From a virus, in the IMG/VR virus record IMGVR_UViG_3300050821_006345, positions 1 to 64,000 of that record: a DNA stretch of 64,000 nucleotides; one strand, 5' to 3'. Position 1 is the first letter of the stretch; every line of letters starts with the position of its first letter. The translations under genes and the position numbers were made by a program. Shown here in pieces: positions 27,861 to 38,143 of this stretch. The notes below the pieces were generated by a model. It was not told the DNA's origin and made no database searches. It was given only the letters and a program-made list of their open reading frames with translations.

Positions 27861-28199
27861 TTAGCATGAATCAACGTCCTTCCATTGCCACAAAAATCCA
27901 TTGAAAATCGAATCTTTATGCTTGTTGCAGTGAGGTGCCATGTGGCCGCAGGACATACCAGCAGCTTTAGCTGCGGCTCGCGCGCTTGTAATCGGCCTTT
28001 TATCGTTTATTATGCTGCGATCACTTCTGTATCCCTTCATTCTTCGGTTTAAGTTTTTACTTTGCCCAACATACCATTTGCTGCTTTCCAAGCACAACAT
28101 AGCATATACTCCCGGCATCTTTGGAATTTCGGCAGATATGTCCGAAAGTTTAAAAGAGGTGCTTGCAGCAGCCGCGATATATGGCAGGGGAAGGTTCAT
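27861..28199 (-). pseudogene. Internally deleted GIY-YIG homing endonuclease
   Basis: GVY...YVGQS.NL.RR joined directly to a NUMOD1-like tail (SARAAAK...GFLWQW). Confidence 0.6.
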
Positions 28200-28987
28200 T
28201 GATCCACTGGATTGCAGTCAATGTCGCACTTAATCGGAATCGTTCCGTTAACGACTCCATGCGCCATTGCTAAATAAGAATTCACACCTCGGCCAGCGAC
28301 GTTTTCCTTCCATTTCTGATATTCTTTTTGAATGTTGTCAATATGATCGATGGGAATGTGAGGGACAAAGACGTTGATGAATCCCGCCTTTAAAGATCTG
28401 ATGGACATTATCACGTCATCCCACCCGTAATTTTCCGGTTGACAAAGATAGCCAACGGCATCCAGCAGTGCAGAACTGTGTGCAACGCACGTCCCCATTA
28501 TTTCAGAAGATTGCTCAACCATAATCCATCGCTCGCCGGGCGGGTGTGGAAGCATGATTAACTTTGTTCGATAGTCTGGATTATCGCACCACGGAGACTG
28601 TGAAAGGTCATTCCTTTTAAGTCCCGCCTGACCGATTTTTGGATCGCGACGGAATACTTCTTCTAAAACGTCCGGCCAATCACGATGATGGACAACGACA
28701 TCGTCATCAATTTTAACACAATGTTGTCCCGGCTTGCGCTGCGCCCATGCTCGGTTAACTGCGCGGGCAGTGCCAAGGTTTGATTCGTTGGTTATGATGA
28801 TTGCTTGGCCGTTTTTTTGCAGTTCAGCCAGAAATGGTTCGGTTCGCGGATCGGTCGAAGCATTGTTCACGATGAAAAGCTCGTGGCGTTTTAGGTCGAC
28901 CTGATGCATCAGGCTTTCAACCGTTTTTCTAGTGCAATCAAATCGTTGGTTTTCAATCGTATTAAATACAGCCATTCCTATGAGCAT
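28196..28987 (-). CDS. Glycosyltransferase family 2
   Basis: IVNNASTD, NLGTARAVN, KIDDD, YGWDDV. Confidence 0.85.
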   Translation of the reverse strand: MLIGMAVFNTIENQRFDCTRKTVESLMHQVDLKRHELFIVNNASTDPRTEPFLAELQKNGQAIIITNESNLGTARAVNRAWAQRKPGQHCVKIDDDVVVHHRDWPDVLEEVFRRDPKIGQAGLKRNDLSQSPWCDNPDYRTKLIMLPHPPGERWIMVEQSSEIMGTCVAHSSALLDAVGYLCQPENYGWDDVIMSIRSLKAGFINVFVPHIPIDHIDNIQKEYQKWKENVAGRGVNSYLAMAHGVVNGTIPIKCDIDCNPVDQ

Positions 28988-29066
28988 GAGCGACGATAAC
29001 CGAATACCAATGCCACGTCAAACGCTGCTTGACGCCGATTTACCGATTGCTTACACTGATCCACAA
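28988..29066. promoter_or_regulatory. Back-to-back divergent sigma70-like promoters with very short leaders
   Basis: Minus: TTGACG-N17-TATCGT-N5-ATG; plus: TTGACG(29029)-N17-TACACT-N9-GTG. Confidence 0.7.
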
Positions 29067-30074
29067 GTGGAAACAATTCGCATTCACACGATTACAAACT
29101 CGGACGGAACTTCTTTTTACCGGTGCCTTGGGCCGCTGGCCGCTCTTCGTAAGCAGCATCGCAAGTCCATCGACTTTCAAATCAATCAGCTCACGCTTAA
29201 CCCCTGCGACTGGGCGACAATGGCCGATTGTGACATAGCATTTTTCCAACGACCATGTTTGGGCCACCATGTTACCGCCGCTGGTATTGCCAAGATGTGC
29301 CGCACCCCGCTTATTTTGGACTACGATGATGACCTTCTAAACTTGACGCCAGATAATCCGTGTTATGCAACCTACGGCAAAGACAAAATCCGCGACAATA
29401 TTCAAAAACTGCTTGGCATGGCTGACGTAGTGATTGTTTCCACTCCGGCCATATCCGAAACCTTCCAGCCGTTCACACCTAATAAAATTGTTGTTATTCG
29501 GAATTCGTGGGATGATTCACTTCGTCCGTGGGCTGACCCGATTGCCATCCGATCCAACCGATGCATCTGGAGGGGAAGCGCAACGCATTTAAAAGATTTT
29601 CTTGAGGTAAGCCATTGCGTCCATGACACCGCCGATCTGTTCTCGGATGTTAAATTTGCCTTCATGGGCTGGGAACCATTCATGGTGACTGAAAAATTGA
29701 AATGCGAAGTTTATCCAAAGCAAGAGGTGCTTGACTACTTTGACTCAATCCGGTCGCTTGCACCAAAGATTGTTTACGTCCCGCTTCACCTATCGCAATT
29801 TAACAGGGCAAAAAGTAATTGTGGATGGTTAGAGGCCAGCTACGCCGGAGCAGCTGTTCTCGCTCCCGAAGGTTTGCCAGAGTGGGAGCGTCCGGGCATC
29901 ACGCTTTACAACGGGCCGGAACACTTCGGCGACGTCCTTCAGGAAATGCTTAAAACGCCGTGGGAAGAACTGAAGACCCGCGCCGACGGCTCGCGAGATT
30001 ACATCAAGGCCAATCTGCTGCTTTCTAAAGTCAACGAACAGCGGCTTGCGGTCATTCGCCATCTTTTGCGTTAA
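29067..30074 (+). CDS. Glycosyltransferase (GT-B/GT4-like)
   Basis: FYR...P, FQR, DYDDDL, VIVSTP, WRGS.TH..D, FNRAKSN...LE. Confidence 0.8.
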   Translation: METIRIHTITNSDGTSFYRCLGPLAALRKQHRKSIDFQINQLTLNPCDWATMADCDIAFFQRPCLGHHVTAAGIAKMCRTPLILDYDDDLLNLTPDNPCYATYGKDKIRDNIQKLLGMADVVIVSTPAISETFQPFTPNKIVVIRNSWDDSLRPWADPIAIRSNRCIWRGSATHLKDFLEVSHCVHDTADLFSDVKFAFMGWEPFMVTEKLKCEVYPKQEVLDYFDSIRSLAPKIVYVPLHLSQFNRAKSNCGWLEASYAGAAVLAPEGLPEWERPGITLYNGPEHFGDVLQEMLKTPWEELKTRADGSRDYIKANLLLSKVNEQRLAVIRHLLR

Positions 30075-30189
30075 AACGCAGCAGAACGCCTCCTAGAAGC
30101 AATGCGGCCACGTCAGGAAGTCCACTTAACGCCAGATAAGGCCGTTTTTAGACCAGTTATCGCGCCGTAAAGAATCTTCGCAATTCTTA

Positions 30190-30276
30190 TTATTTCTCTT
30201 GACGGTTGGCGGCAAAACATGGAAAACTGTCTTCAGTGGCAAGGGTGAAGAATCCGAACCACGAGAAAGATAAAAT
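30190..30276 (+). promoter_or_regulatory. Promoter + GAAGA-pentaloop leader hairpin, copy D
   Basis: TTGACG(30199)-N18-AAAACT; GTGG-CAA-GGGT-GAAGA-ATCC-GAA-CCAC (30236-30262). Confidence 0.8.
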
Positions 30277-30573
30277 ATGAAATCAAACGGAACAATTCAG
30301 TGTTGGAAATGTGGCGCATTTAACGAGTCTTCGCTTTGTCCTCATTGCCCCCCGACCACCAAGCCAATCGTGAAAGGCAGCATCGTAAAATATACCGACC
30401 AACATGGTGATGGCTGGTTTCGCGTATCGGCCATCATCGCCGGATCGGTCAATCTCAAGCAAATCTTCGGAAGCCACATTCTTCACAAGCGCGTTCCGCT
30501 GGCCGAGGTGGTCGAGGACGAGGCGGCGTGGTATAAGAACTGGCAGCAATCGGAAGCCTACCAATCAATGTAA
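30277..30573 (+). CDS. Hypothetical protein
   Basis: CWKC...CPHC; behind leader copy D. Confidence 0.7.
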   Translation: MKSNGTIQCWKCGAFNESSLCPHCPPTTKPIVKGSIVKYTDQHGDGWFRVSAIIAGSVNLKQIFGSHILHKRVPLAEVVEDEAAWYKNWQQSEAYQSM

Positions 30574-30577
30574 ATTT

Positions 30578-30868
30578 ATGAGCGCACTAAAAGAAATGCT
30601 TAACCGCCATCGCGAGGAGATTGCCGAGCTTCTCAAGACCTGCGCCCACGAGCGCCTGAAACAGAGCGAAGACCGCAGTCAAATCGGACTTGGCTCTTGC
30701 TGGCCAAGAATTGACATCGTCTGCCGGAACTGCGGAACAATGAAAATCATATTCTTCCGCGACGAAGACGAGTATAATAACCGCGCGAACATTCTGAAGA
30801 CCTTGGCAATCCAGAAAGGCTTCAAAGACCAGCGCATGACAACAATCCAATACGAACACCAACTATGA
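30578..30868 (+). CDS. Hypothetical protein
   Basis: CAH...CRNCG; coupled. Confidence 0.6.
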   Translation: MSALKEMLNRHREEIAELLKTCAHERLKQSEDRSQIGLGSCWPRIDIVCRNCGTMKIIFFRDEDEYNNRANILKTLAIQKGFKDQRMTTIQYEHQL

Positions 30869-31245
30869 GCAAAGAATTATTCAAAAACGACGAGGCCAAG
30901 ATTTCGTTTTGGGCTTGCGAAGATGGCGATGCAAAGCTTTTCGGCCAATGCGACGGAGTCGGGCCGGTATCAATCAAAATCAGTCCAGAGAACATGGACT
31001 CGCTTGCCCGCCAGTGGCTCGCGCACTCGGCCATCCGCGACGGCTACACGAAGGCGGAGCTGACTGCGGCCTTCGACAAGGTGAAGGACAAGACGCACTG
31101 GAAGAATCCCATCGACGCCACGATACCAGTCGCGGACGTGGACATCACGGCAAAGGCCAAGTTCTTCCGAAGTAGTCGTGCCGAAGATAAAAAAGTGATG
31201 ATGCACGTCACTGCGCCGGGTTATTATGCCGGGCCAGCGAATTGA
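30865..31245 (+). CDS. Hypothetical phage protein
   Basis: WKNPIDA...APGYYAG motif. Confidence 0.65.
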   Translation: MSKELFKNDEAKISFWACEDGDAKLFGQCDGVGPVSIKISPENMDSLARQWLAHSAIRDGYTKAELTAAFDKVKDKTHWKNPIDATIPVADVDITAKAKFFRSSRAEDKKVMMHVTAPGYYAGPAN

Positions 31246-31295
31246 TGTTGACCACCGAACTAAAATTTAGCAAACTAACTAAAGAAAGAAACGAT

Positions 31296-31757
31296 ATGCC
31301 AAACGAAACGAACGAAAAACAGCTTTCAAAGATTGAGGCTGCCGCGCTTGCGAAGGCGGCACAGAAAATTGACGATGCCTCCACCGAATCAATCTCTGTC
31401 GGGAAACACGCCGGAATGATAACCGTTCGCGTGGCCTACGACCTGAACAAGGCTGAGGACTACGACACTGCGCCAACGGTGAACCTGCTCTCCAAGGCCG
31501 TGCTTGCCAAGGCACTGGTGATGAGCGGGATTCAGGCCGACAACTTCCTTGGTGCTTTACGGGATGCTGCGGTCGCTGCACTTCACGCGGGCGAGAAAGC
31601 CGCTGATATTCTGACTGAGGAAGATAGCAGAGTCTTGGCGAAGATGGACTCGCTGTTTGAAAGGGTCATCGCCGAGCTTCCGCGTCAGCCACGGGCTGGC
31701 TCAACCACCGGAAAGGTTCGGCTTGAGGTTGTTGATTCTGTTGTCTTGGCCGACTAA
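31296..31757 (+). CDS. Hypothetical protein
   Basis: AGAAAG RBS; own TTGACC promoter-like site. Confidence 0.7.
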   Translation: MPNETNEKQLSKIEAAALAKAAQKIDDASTESISVGKHAGMITVRVAYDLNKAEDYDTAPTVNLLSKAVLAKALVMSGIQADNFLGALRDAAVAALHAGEKAADILTEEDSRVLAKMDSLFERVIAELPRQPRAGSTTGKVRLEVVDSVVLAD

Positions 31758-32409
31758 ATCAATGACGATTCGAGTGCCATTCGGCCTGTGGGCGAGAATA
31801 AAGTCGGAGGAAACCGGCTCCAGCAAGCCGGAACTCCGCACCCGTCTTCGGAAAAGAATGTTCATCGGCCACACGCCGGTCGTCCGCCAGAACCGCATCC
31901 GCGAGGTTATTATCAGCTGCAATCCCGCCGGGATCATGCGCTGGATGGACGTAAAAATGTCGGATGCTCTAAAACAGCGGGAGTGCGCCTGCGGCAGTCC
32001 AGGCATCATTAAAAACTCCGACCACACATGGACGTGCGCGGACTGCCAGATCAAGGAGTCAAAATACAGCCGATGCATCACATCGCTGGAACTGCGCCGG
32101 GAAAGAAACAAGCTTGAAAACGAAATTGAAGAAGCCAAAAGACTTCAAATCACTGCGCCAGATTGGAATTGAACGTGGGTGGATTTCATCCGATCCACAA
32201 ATCCAGCGAAAAACCGATTCCCGCCACGGCCTGATCCGCCGCTACGTCCTGCATCTGGCAAAATCAATCCAATTCATGACGGTGGACGATCTGATGCCGT
32301 TGATGACTCGTCCGCAAGCCTACAGCGCGCTTCAGCAGGCCGTTAAATATGGTCAGATGAAGATTTATCAGAAAGGCAAGTCTGGGCCAACACCAAGAAG
32401 AACTTTATT

Positions 32410-32496
32410 TATTTCGGTTGACAATCAGGCGGTTTATGGCAGACTCTCCCTATCGCAGATGGCGAAGAGCCTGAAGCGAACTAAAGGCAAAATAAT
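32410..32496 (+). promoter_or_regulatory. Promoter + GAAGA-pentaloop leader hairpin, copy E
   Basis: TTGACA(32418)-N16-CAGACT; TCGC-AGAT-GGC-GAAGA-GCC-TGAA-GCGA (32453-32479). Confidence 0.8.
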
Positions 32497-33738
32497 ATGA
32501 ATGCGGAACTGATTCTTCGAGAAATATGCGCCCGATGGGATTTGGGCGTTGACCGCCTGTCTCGCGCCGAGGCGGTGCCAATCGAATCCAAGCGTCCAGA
32601 ATTCACCGAGCTTGCCGCGACAATTGGCCATGCCAAGCAGCTTCTGAACGGAGACTTTGATTATCTTGCACGACGGAATTCTGGACGCAAGAAGGCCGAC
32701 CTTTCTGGAGTGGACTGGAACAAGTCCAACCACCAGATTGCCGCCGAGACCGGACTTTGCTATGCTTCGGTTTGCGCCAAGCGGCCAGCAGACCGCAAGC
32801 CAATTGCGAAAGGGCTAAATCCAATTGACTGGAACGCCGTGGACTTTAAGCGCAGCGACCTTGACATTGCCGAGGAATTTGGAATATCTGGTGCAACGGT
32901 GCATAAAAACCGAGTCCGTCTCGGCCACCATTCTTCCACCAAACTGACCCGCCTCTTTGACTGGGCATCGGTTGACTGGTCAAAGAACAACGGAGAGATT
33001 GCCGCCGAACTTGGCACATCCATTAACAACGCCCGTAAATATCGGGCGAAAGCGGGTCGGAAGAATCCGTTTACAACGGATGCCAGCCGGCCACATCGGA
33101 AGGTGACCAAGGAGATGATTGAAACGGCCAACTGGCTGGAAGACCGAGACGTAGATATTTGCCAGCGGTGGGGCGTTACCAGAGAGCGCGTCCGTCAGCT
33201 GCGGATTGAGAACAAGAAGCCGGCGTGCATCTACAAAGATCGCCACGGTCTGCCAATGATGAAGGCAATTGCTGGCCTTCGCCATGAATTAACCGGCTTG
33301 GACTTGGCCGCCATCACCAACAGGCTGACTCCGGTGGTCGGAGCAATCCGGAGGCCTTCGCTTATCTCCGCGCTGAGATTCCTTGGAGTTGATTACGCAT
33401 CGAAAAAGATTCGGAATAAGCGCATGAAGTATCCGTATGATGATATGAATTGGGAATTGCCGAACTGCATTCTCAGCATTATTTATGACGCTCCAAAAAA
33501 TGTAATTGCCCGTGGCAGACATCTGAACTGCAAGCCTGCGCCGAATTGGACGATGGGCGGTGCATTTAACCGCAAGTTTGAAGACCGTGAATTTCAGGGG
33601 GCGGTCGCGCAGGAAATTTTGTTCGCCGAATCCAAAGGCTTCAATAACCGAATCGCCGCGAACGAATATCTGCTTGAAAGGAAGGCGGCGGCGGATGCTG
33701 TGGCAGAAAAACGCCGGCGAACCATCGCCGCATCATGA
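32497..33738 (+). CDS. Tandem HTH-repeat DNA-binding protein
   Basis: About 5 repeats of (V)DW..S...IA.E.G...V...R. Confidence 0.75.
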   Translation: MNAELILREICARWDLGVDRLSRAEAVPIESKRPEFTELAATIGHAKQLLNGDFDYLARRNSGRKKADLSGVDWNKSNHQIAAETGLCYASVCAKRPADRKPIAKGLNPIDWNAVDFKRSDLDIAEEFGISGATVHKNRVRLGHHSSTKLTRLFDWASVDWSKNNGEIAAELGTSINNARKYRAKAGRKNPFTTDASRPHRKVTKEMIETANWLEDRDVDICQRWGVTRERVRQLRIENKKPACIYKDRHGLPMMKAIAGLRHELTGLDLAAITNRLTPVVGAIRRPSLISALRFLGVDYASKKIRNKRMKYPYDDMNWELPNCILSIIYDAPKNVIARGRHLNCKPAPNWTMGGAFNRKFEDREFQGAVAQEILFAESKGFNNRIAANEYLLERKAAADAVAEKRRRTIAAS

Positions 33739-33968
33739 GCGAGAAGCGACACCTCTACGAGAAGCGGCAGAAGAAGCAGTTTGCCGAAATATGCGGCGCA
33801 ACTGGCAAGCGGATGTTCTCCACACACGAAGGCGCGCTGCTATTTGCCGGAAACATGAACGATCCACGTCGAGACACTCCGATGGAGTGGCGTGCATATC
33901 TTTGTAAATATTGCCAGGAATATCACCTCACAAGCCAGCCGTTAAGAACTTATGCAAGAGTCAATTAA
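33735..33968 (+). CDS. Small Zn-finger phage protein
   Basis: C..TGK..F...A...RAYLCKYCQEYHLTS. Confidence 0.75.
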   Translation: MSEKRHLYEKRQKKQFAEICGATGKRMFSTHEGALLFAGNMNDPRRDTPMEWRAYLCKYCQEYHLTSQPLRTYARVN

Positions 33969-34491
33969 ACAGCCAGGTGAACTGGAATTGCGGGCAATCC
34001 GCGACGCAGTATTTGAACATGGCTCCTCACAGGAGAACTGGGACGGGTGCATGGACAGCTGGATGCGTCCAGAGGAAACCAAGTGGCTTCAGGATGAATA
34101 CGCCAAGCTGAAGGCGAAGGAGGCCAAGTGAAAAGCCCTAAAAAGTCATGGTTTATTGTGGCAATCAAGTCTGCCAAGTTTTCCTGCGACGACATCTGCC
34201 GCGATGCGAAGAAGGCTGGACTGACGCGGTGGTGCATCTGTGCCGAGCGATGAAGTGTTTAAGCCAGCGCGAATTGGACGAGTGTGTTGCGGCAATGAAA
34301 AATGCCGTGGCACGCGGAGATTATCCGGTTCGCCAGTTGCGGCAGGAAAAGTTAATCATAATGGACGCGAAACATTCAATGCAAAGAACCTGCATGCAGC
34401 GGCTGCGTGACTATCGTCGGTCAATTGGTCTAAACGCCCACGGTCTTCCCAAGAAGGATTTTAGGATTGGCCGTCCACGGAGGAAAACATA

Positions 34492-34848
34492 ATGGCCTGC
34501 CGATACTGCATTGACGTTCCTTCTGGCCAGTATTGCGATGGTTGCGGCCAGCTTGTCGTTAAGAATCACGGCCAGCACCAGATATTTCCACAGGACTCGT
34601 CGCGGTTTGGCCAGTCTCTTGGCGAGTATGATTTAACAAATCCAGAAAATTTAAGACGGCTTATGGTTCACGAACCAACGCTTCATGCCGTGCCGAATTC
34701 GATGAGATGCCAAGAAACCGCCCCAAGACGGAACGAGCCAAGTTATGGCCTTCGATGTGCGTTTCATCGCGACCATTCTGGGCCACATTGCACCAACGCA
34801 AATACGGCAGACCACTCAAGGCAGACGTGGGAAGAAGTGCCGTTTTAA
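34492..34848 (+). CDS. CxYC-DVP-G-CDxCG family paralogue 1
   Basis: MACRYCIDVPSGQYCDGCG; one C..C....HxGxH unit. Confidence 0.75.
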   Translation: MACRYCIDVPSGQYCDGCGQLVVKNHGQHQIFPQDSSRFGQSLGEYDLTNPENLRRLMVHEPTLHAVPNSMRCQETAPRRNEPSYGLRCAFHRDHSGPHCTNANTADHSRQTWEEVPF

Positions 34849-34854
34849 TAGATG

Positions 34855-35003
34855 TTGAATAGGCACTGAATATGCTGTGAATATGTTTTACAACAAACAT
34901 GGCTTGGCAGACACGAGACGTCAGTCCGTTTTCATTGGCGATTTATGAATTGGCGATTATTGCTTGTAAATCTTATGCACGGCTTATTCACAGCTTATTA
35001 AAC
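34855..35003. repeat. Inverted 3+3 array of DnaA-box-like 11-bp repeats
   Basis: TGAATA at 34856/34867/34878; CTTAT at 34972/34983/34994; TTATTCACA at 34984. Confidence 0.6.
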
Positions 35004-35073
35004 TTCTGTTCAAATTTTCCACTTCTTATTTCGTTGAATTTCGGCCACAGAAAACGCATCATGTTTCATTGAT

Positions 35074-35667
35074 ATGTCCTGCAAATATTGTTCCGATGTC
35101 CCGCTTGGCGCGTTCTGCGATGAATGCGGAGAGAAGCGGTCGTCTCCACTTATTGGCGATTCAATTGTTGGCCGACTTAATCCAAATTTAAGTCCGTGCG
35201 GCGGACATCGGGCATGTCTGGCGTTTGGCAACAGTGCTATTTACGACAATGATGAAAGAATGTGCCGCGACCATTCTGAAGGATACATTTGCACGCTTCC
35301 GGTCGGCCATAACGGAAATCATGTAGGATGCTCACGAGTCCGTCACAATAATCATTCATGGCCGAGAGTCGAAGCCATTGATAATCTCGACCGCGAGATA
35401 CGAAGATACAACGATGGATTGCCAGTGCGCGGAAATGGCCGATGCCAAGCTACGACCGCGAGTGGAATGATCTGCACCAGAACAGCCGAACACGACGGAA
35501 GCCATGCGTTCGCTTGGCCAGCAACGGCGGAGAATGTTCTGCGCGAACCACAACATCGGTGTCTGGCCGTTCACGCCGGTTCTGGAATGCAGTGCATCTT
35601 TGCACCGGGACACGAAGATTATCACCGAGTGGTTACGCCAGATGGCTCGGATTGGAGATGGCGTTAA
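35074..35667 (+). CDS. CxYC-DVP-G-CDxCG family paralogue 2
   Basis: MSCKYCSDVPLGAFCDECG; three C..C....HxxxH units. Confidence 0.8.
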   Translation: MSCKYCSDVPLGAFCDECGEKRSSPLIGDSIVGRLNPNLSPCGGHRACLAFGNSAIYDNDERMCRDHSEGYICTLPVGHNGNHVGCSRVRHNNHSWPRVEAIDNLDREIRRYNDGLPVRGNGRCQATTASGMICTRTAEHDGSHAFAWPATAENVLREPQHRCLAVHAGSGMQCIFAPGHEDYHRVVTPDGSDWRWR

Positions 35668-35677
35668 ATAGTTGATT

Positions 35678-35759
35678 ATTCAAGTTGACAATAAGCGGCC
35701 ATAGTGTATTCTGTTGGTAGCTGGACGCTGAAGAGGCGGAAGGCGAGAAAGAACAAAAT
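35678..35759 (+). promoter_or_regulatory. Promoter + GAAGA-pentaloop leader hairpin, copy F
   Basis: TTGACA(35685)-N16-TATTCT; GCT-GGA-CGCT-GAAGA-GGCG-GAA-GGC (35720-35744). Confidence 0.8.
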
Positions 35760-35933
35760 ATGAAGCGGAAATTTACAGCGGCAAGACAGGCCGAGCGATG
35801 CAATGCGGTTGTTAAACTGGCCGATGGCTCAACGGCAGACTGTATGCGCCGCGCAATCAAGAACGGCCATTGCCACCAGCACGATAAAATATCAATGCAG
35901 CGTAAAGAAATGGCGGTGCAATCGTGTGCATGA
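35760..35933 (+). CDS. 57-aa Cys/His protein
   Basis: Manual translation MKRKFTAARQAERC...C...CHQH; behind leader copy F. Confidence 0.65.
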   Translation: MKRKFTAARQAERCNAVVKLADGSTADCMRRAIKNGHCHQHDKISMQRKEMAVQSCA

Positions 35934-37205
35934 CAGAACATCTTGGCGGAGTGAGGACGGTATCCGACAACTGGACGCCGTGTCTGTTTGGACAAGTCCT
36001 TATCGGCGCGAGAATCAAGCTTCAGCCGGACGGCATCGTTTACGTCAAGACCGGCTACGGCAAATACACGCGCGAAGGCCGCCATCCCAATTCAGAATGG
36101 CACTTTGGTTACATGGACATGGCGGTTCTGGTTGAAGGCTAAACCTATGAATATACTTTGCTCAATGTTTGGCCACCAGCCTCCGGTCTATGCTCCGAAA
36201 GGATGGTTCTCGCCGGGAGAGGAATACGCGCGGCGAGTTGTGCCAATAGCGACCGATGGCATTGGCCGCGAACACGCATACGTTGAATCGGAGTGTCCTC
36301 GGTGTGGCGAGACGTTCACATTGTGTCGGATTCATCTGCCGACCAGAAAGGATAAGCCGTGAACTCGCCACTTGAATACAGCGGTCGGCCAGCGGCGTTC
36401 AATCCGAAGTTTGGATTGGCCGTGGACGATGCCGGTGAGCCAATTTTAGCGCACGACGCAACATTGGTTCTGTGTGCTTGGCACGATGCGGACAAGTCGC
36501 TTACAAAGCAGCTGAAGGCTGCTGGCTACCAAGTATCGCATGGGATTTGCGCGGATCATTTGGCATCGGAAATGGCCACGCTCAAAGATGATGAATAAAC
36601 CACTCCATTGCGGCAAGCTGTGTCAGCCGGTCATGCTGCGGCAGATTGTTTCCAAGCGTCCGTTCTTCAACTGCTGGATTCAATTCTTCCGCTGTCGGGT
36701 ATGCGGCGAGCAGTTTGTGCCATATCAAACGTCAGCCGATACGTCCTACATGGACTCGCTTGAGCCATTGAGACTTGCGGCCATTGCCGAAGAAACCATA
36801 CGCTACGGAACGTGAATGTTATATCGCCAAATCTGGCTGAGAATAAAACAAGGCTTGATTCACAACCGGAGAAATAGCAGGCTTAAACCACTATGAACAA
36901 CAACACCAAGAATCGGAAACGGCTAGAGCGCAAAGACGCCAAGTTCCAGCCCAGACTTTCCATGAAGCCAAAAGTAGCCGCCAGCGGCTGCAAGGACGGT
37001 CTTTCTCTGGGCGACCAGAAACGCATCTTTTACGGAGTATGACACCCTGAACGGAACGGTGAAACGGCTTCGCATGGCGTTAAGCGGGCTTGTTGGCGAG
37101 CAATGTGGCGTTATTGACGCGCCAGATGCGTTGGCAAACATAAATGCTGTGGCTAATGCCCAATCGGAATTTGACAGAATCAAGCTCGCCTAGTAAATTA
37201 ACTGC

Positions 37206-37598
37206 GTGCCGAACAACCTCGTAATTTGTCCCATCTGCGGTGAAGGCGATGCGGAGTGTCGAGTGGAAGGAGACGGCCAGATCATCCACTGCGAAAATCT
37301 GCGATGTGCTTCAAACGGTGGAACAAACGCCTCCAAGCTGCTTGCGTCAATCACACCTCAGACAGCCAGAGCCGGCAACCGCCCAATTGAGCCGTCACCA
37401 GACAGAGACATCGCCGAGGAACTTGGCCGCTTGTCCGCAGAACAGATGGATGAGCCGGAGATGTGCGGAGCTTGCTCTGCCAATCTTCGCATGGACGCCA
37501 TGAAACTGGCCGTGGACTCGTTCCACGACACGCCAACCACACAAAAGCTGCTGGATAGGGCGGAGTCCATATTCTGCTGGTGTCTGGACGTTGACTGA
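37206..37598 (+). CDS. Hypothetical Zn-binding protein
   Basis: CPICG...CENLRC. Confidence 0.5.
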   Translation: MPNNLVICPICGEGDAECRVEGDGQIIHCENLRCASNGGTNASKLLASITPQTARAGNRPIEPSPDRDIAEELGRLSAEQMDEPEMCGACSANLRMDAMKLAVDSFHDTPTTQKLLDRAESIFCWCLDVD

Positions 37599-37704
37599 CG
37601 TCCGGCAATGGCAGTTAAAACGCGCCAGAAGGCTTTCTGCTGCGTTTTGATGCCAAAACCGCACGGAAACACCAGAAAGCGTCTCCGCACGGTTAAATGG
37701 CCGA

Positions 37705-37956
37705 TTACGCCGGTTGATGCTTGCCAAAGTTAGACCGCCAGACCGTGGCCTTGCGTCCAGCTCCCCGACGAACCATGCGAACCAGCTTGTGCCGCCACAA
37801 TGTTTCAATCGCGGCATTGATTGCGCCCCGATTAATGACCAACTGGTGGAAGTGGCTGTGAAGGCTGTGGATGACGTCCCCGGATGTGAATTTATCGCCC
37901 AGCTCGCCGGAGATTTGAACTATGCGATTCCTTAATGTTTTACGTTTTGTTTTCAT
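37705..37956 (-). CDS. Small winged-helix-like protein
   Basis: Basic 83-aa ORF, FTS.DV...I...I..L. Confidence 0.5.
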   Translation of the reverse strand: MKTKRKTLRNRIVQISGELGDKFTSGDVIHSLHSHFHQLVINRGAINAAIETLWRHKLVRMVRRGAGRKATVWRSNFGKHQPA

Positions 37957-38143
37957 ATGTTGTGTTGGCCAGTTTTGACCGACATGAAGTAACGCAGCTA
38001 GTGTGCCAGTGTTTGGAGTGCCGGAATTTCAAAGAATAGGCCGTTTTTATCTATAAGGCCATTGCAAATGACAAGATGTTTAATTGCAATAGACAAGGTT
38101 TAATTCCATTGATTTATGTCGGGAAAATTCGCACCATGGATTC

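Noticed and set aside
28985..28988. Divergent genes sharing one CATG start
   Set aside because: The plus-strand gene more likely starts at GTG 29067 behind its own promoter
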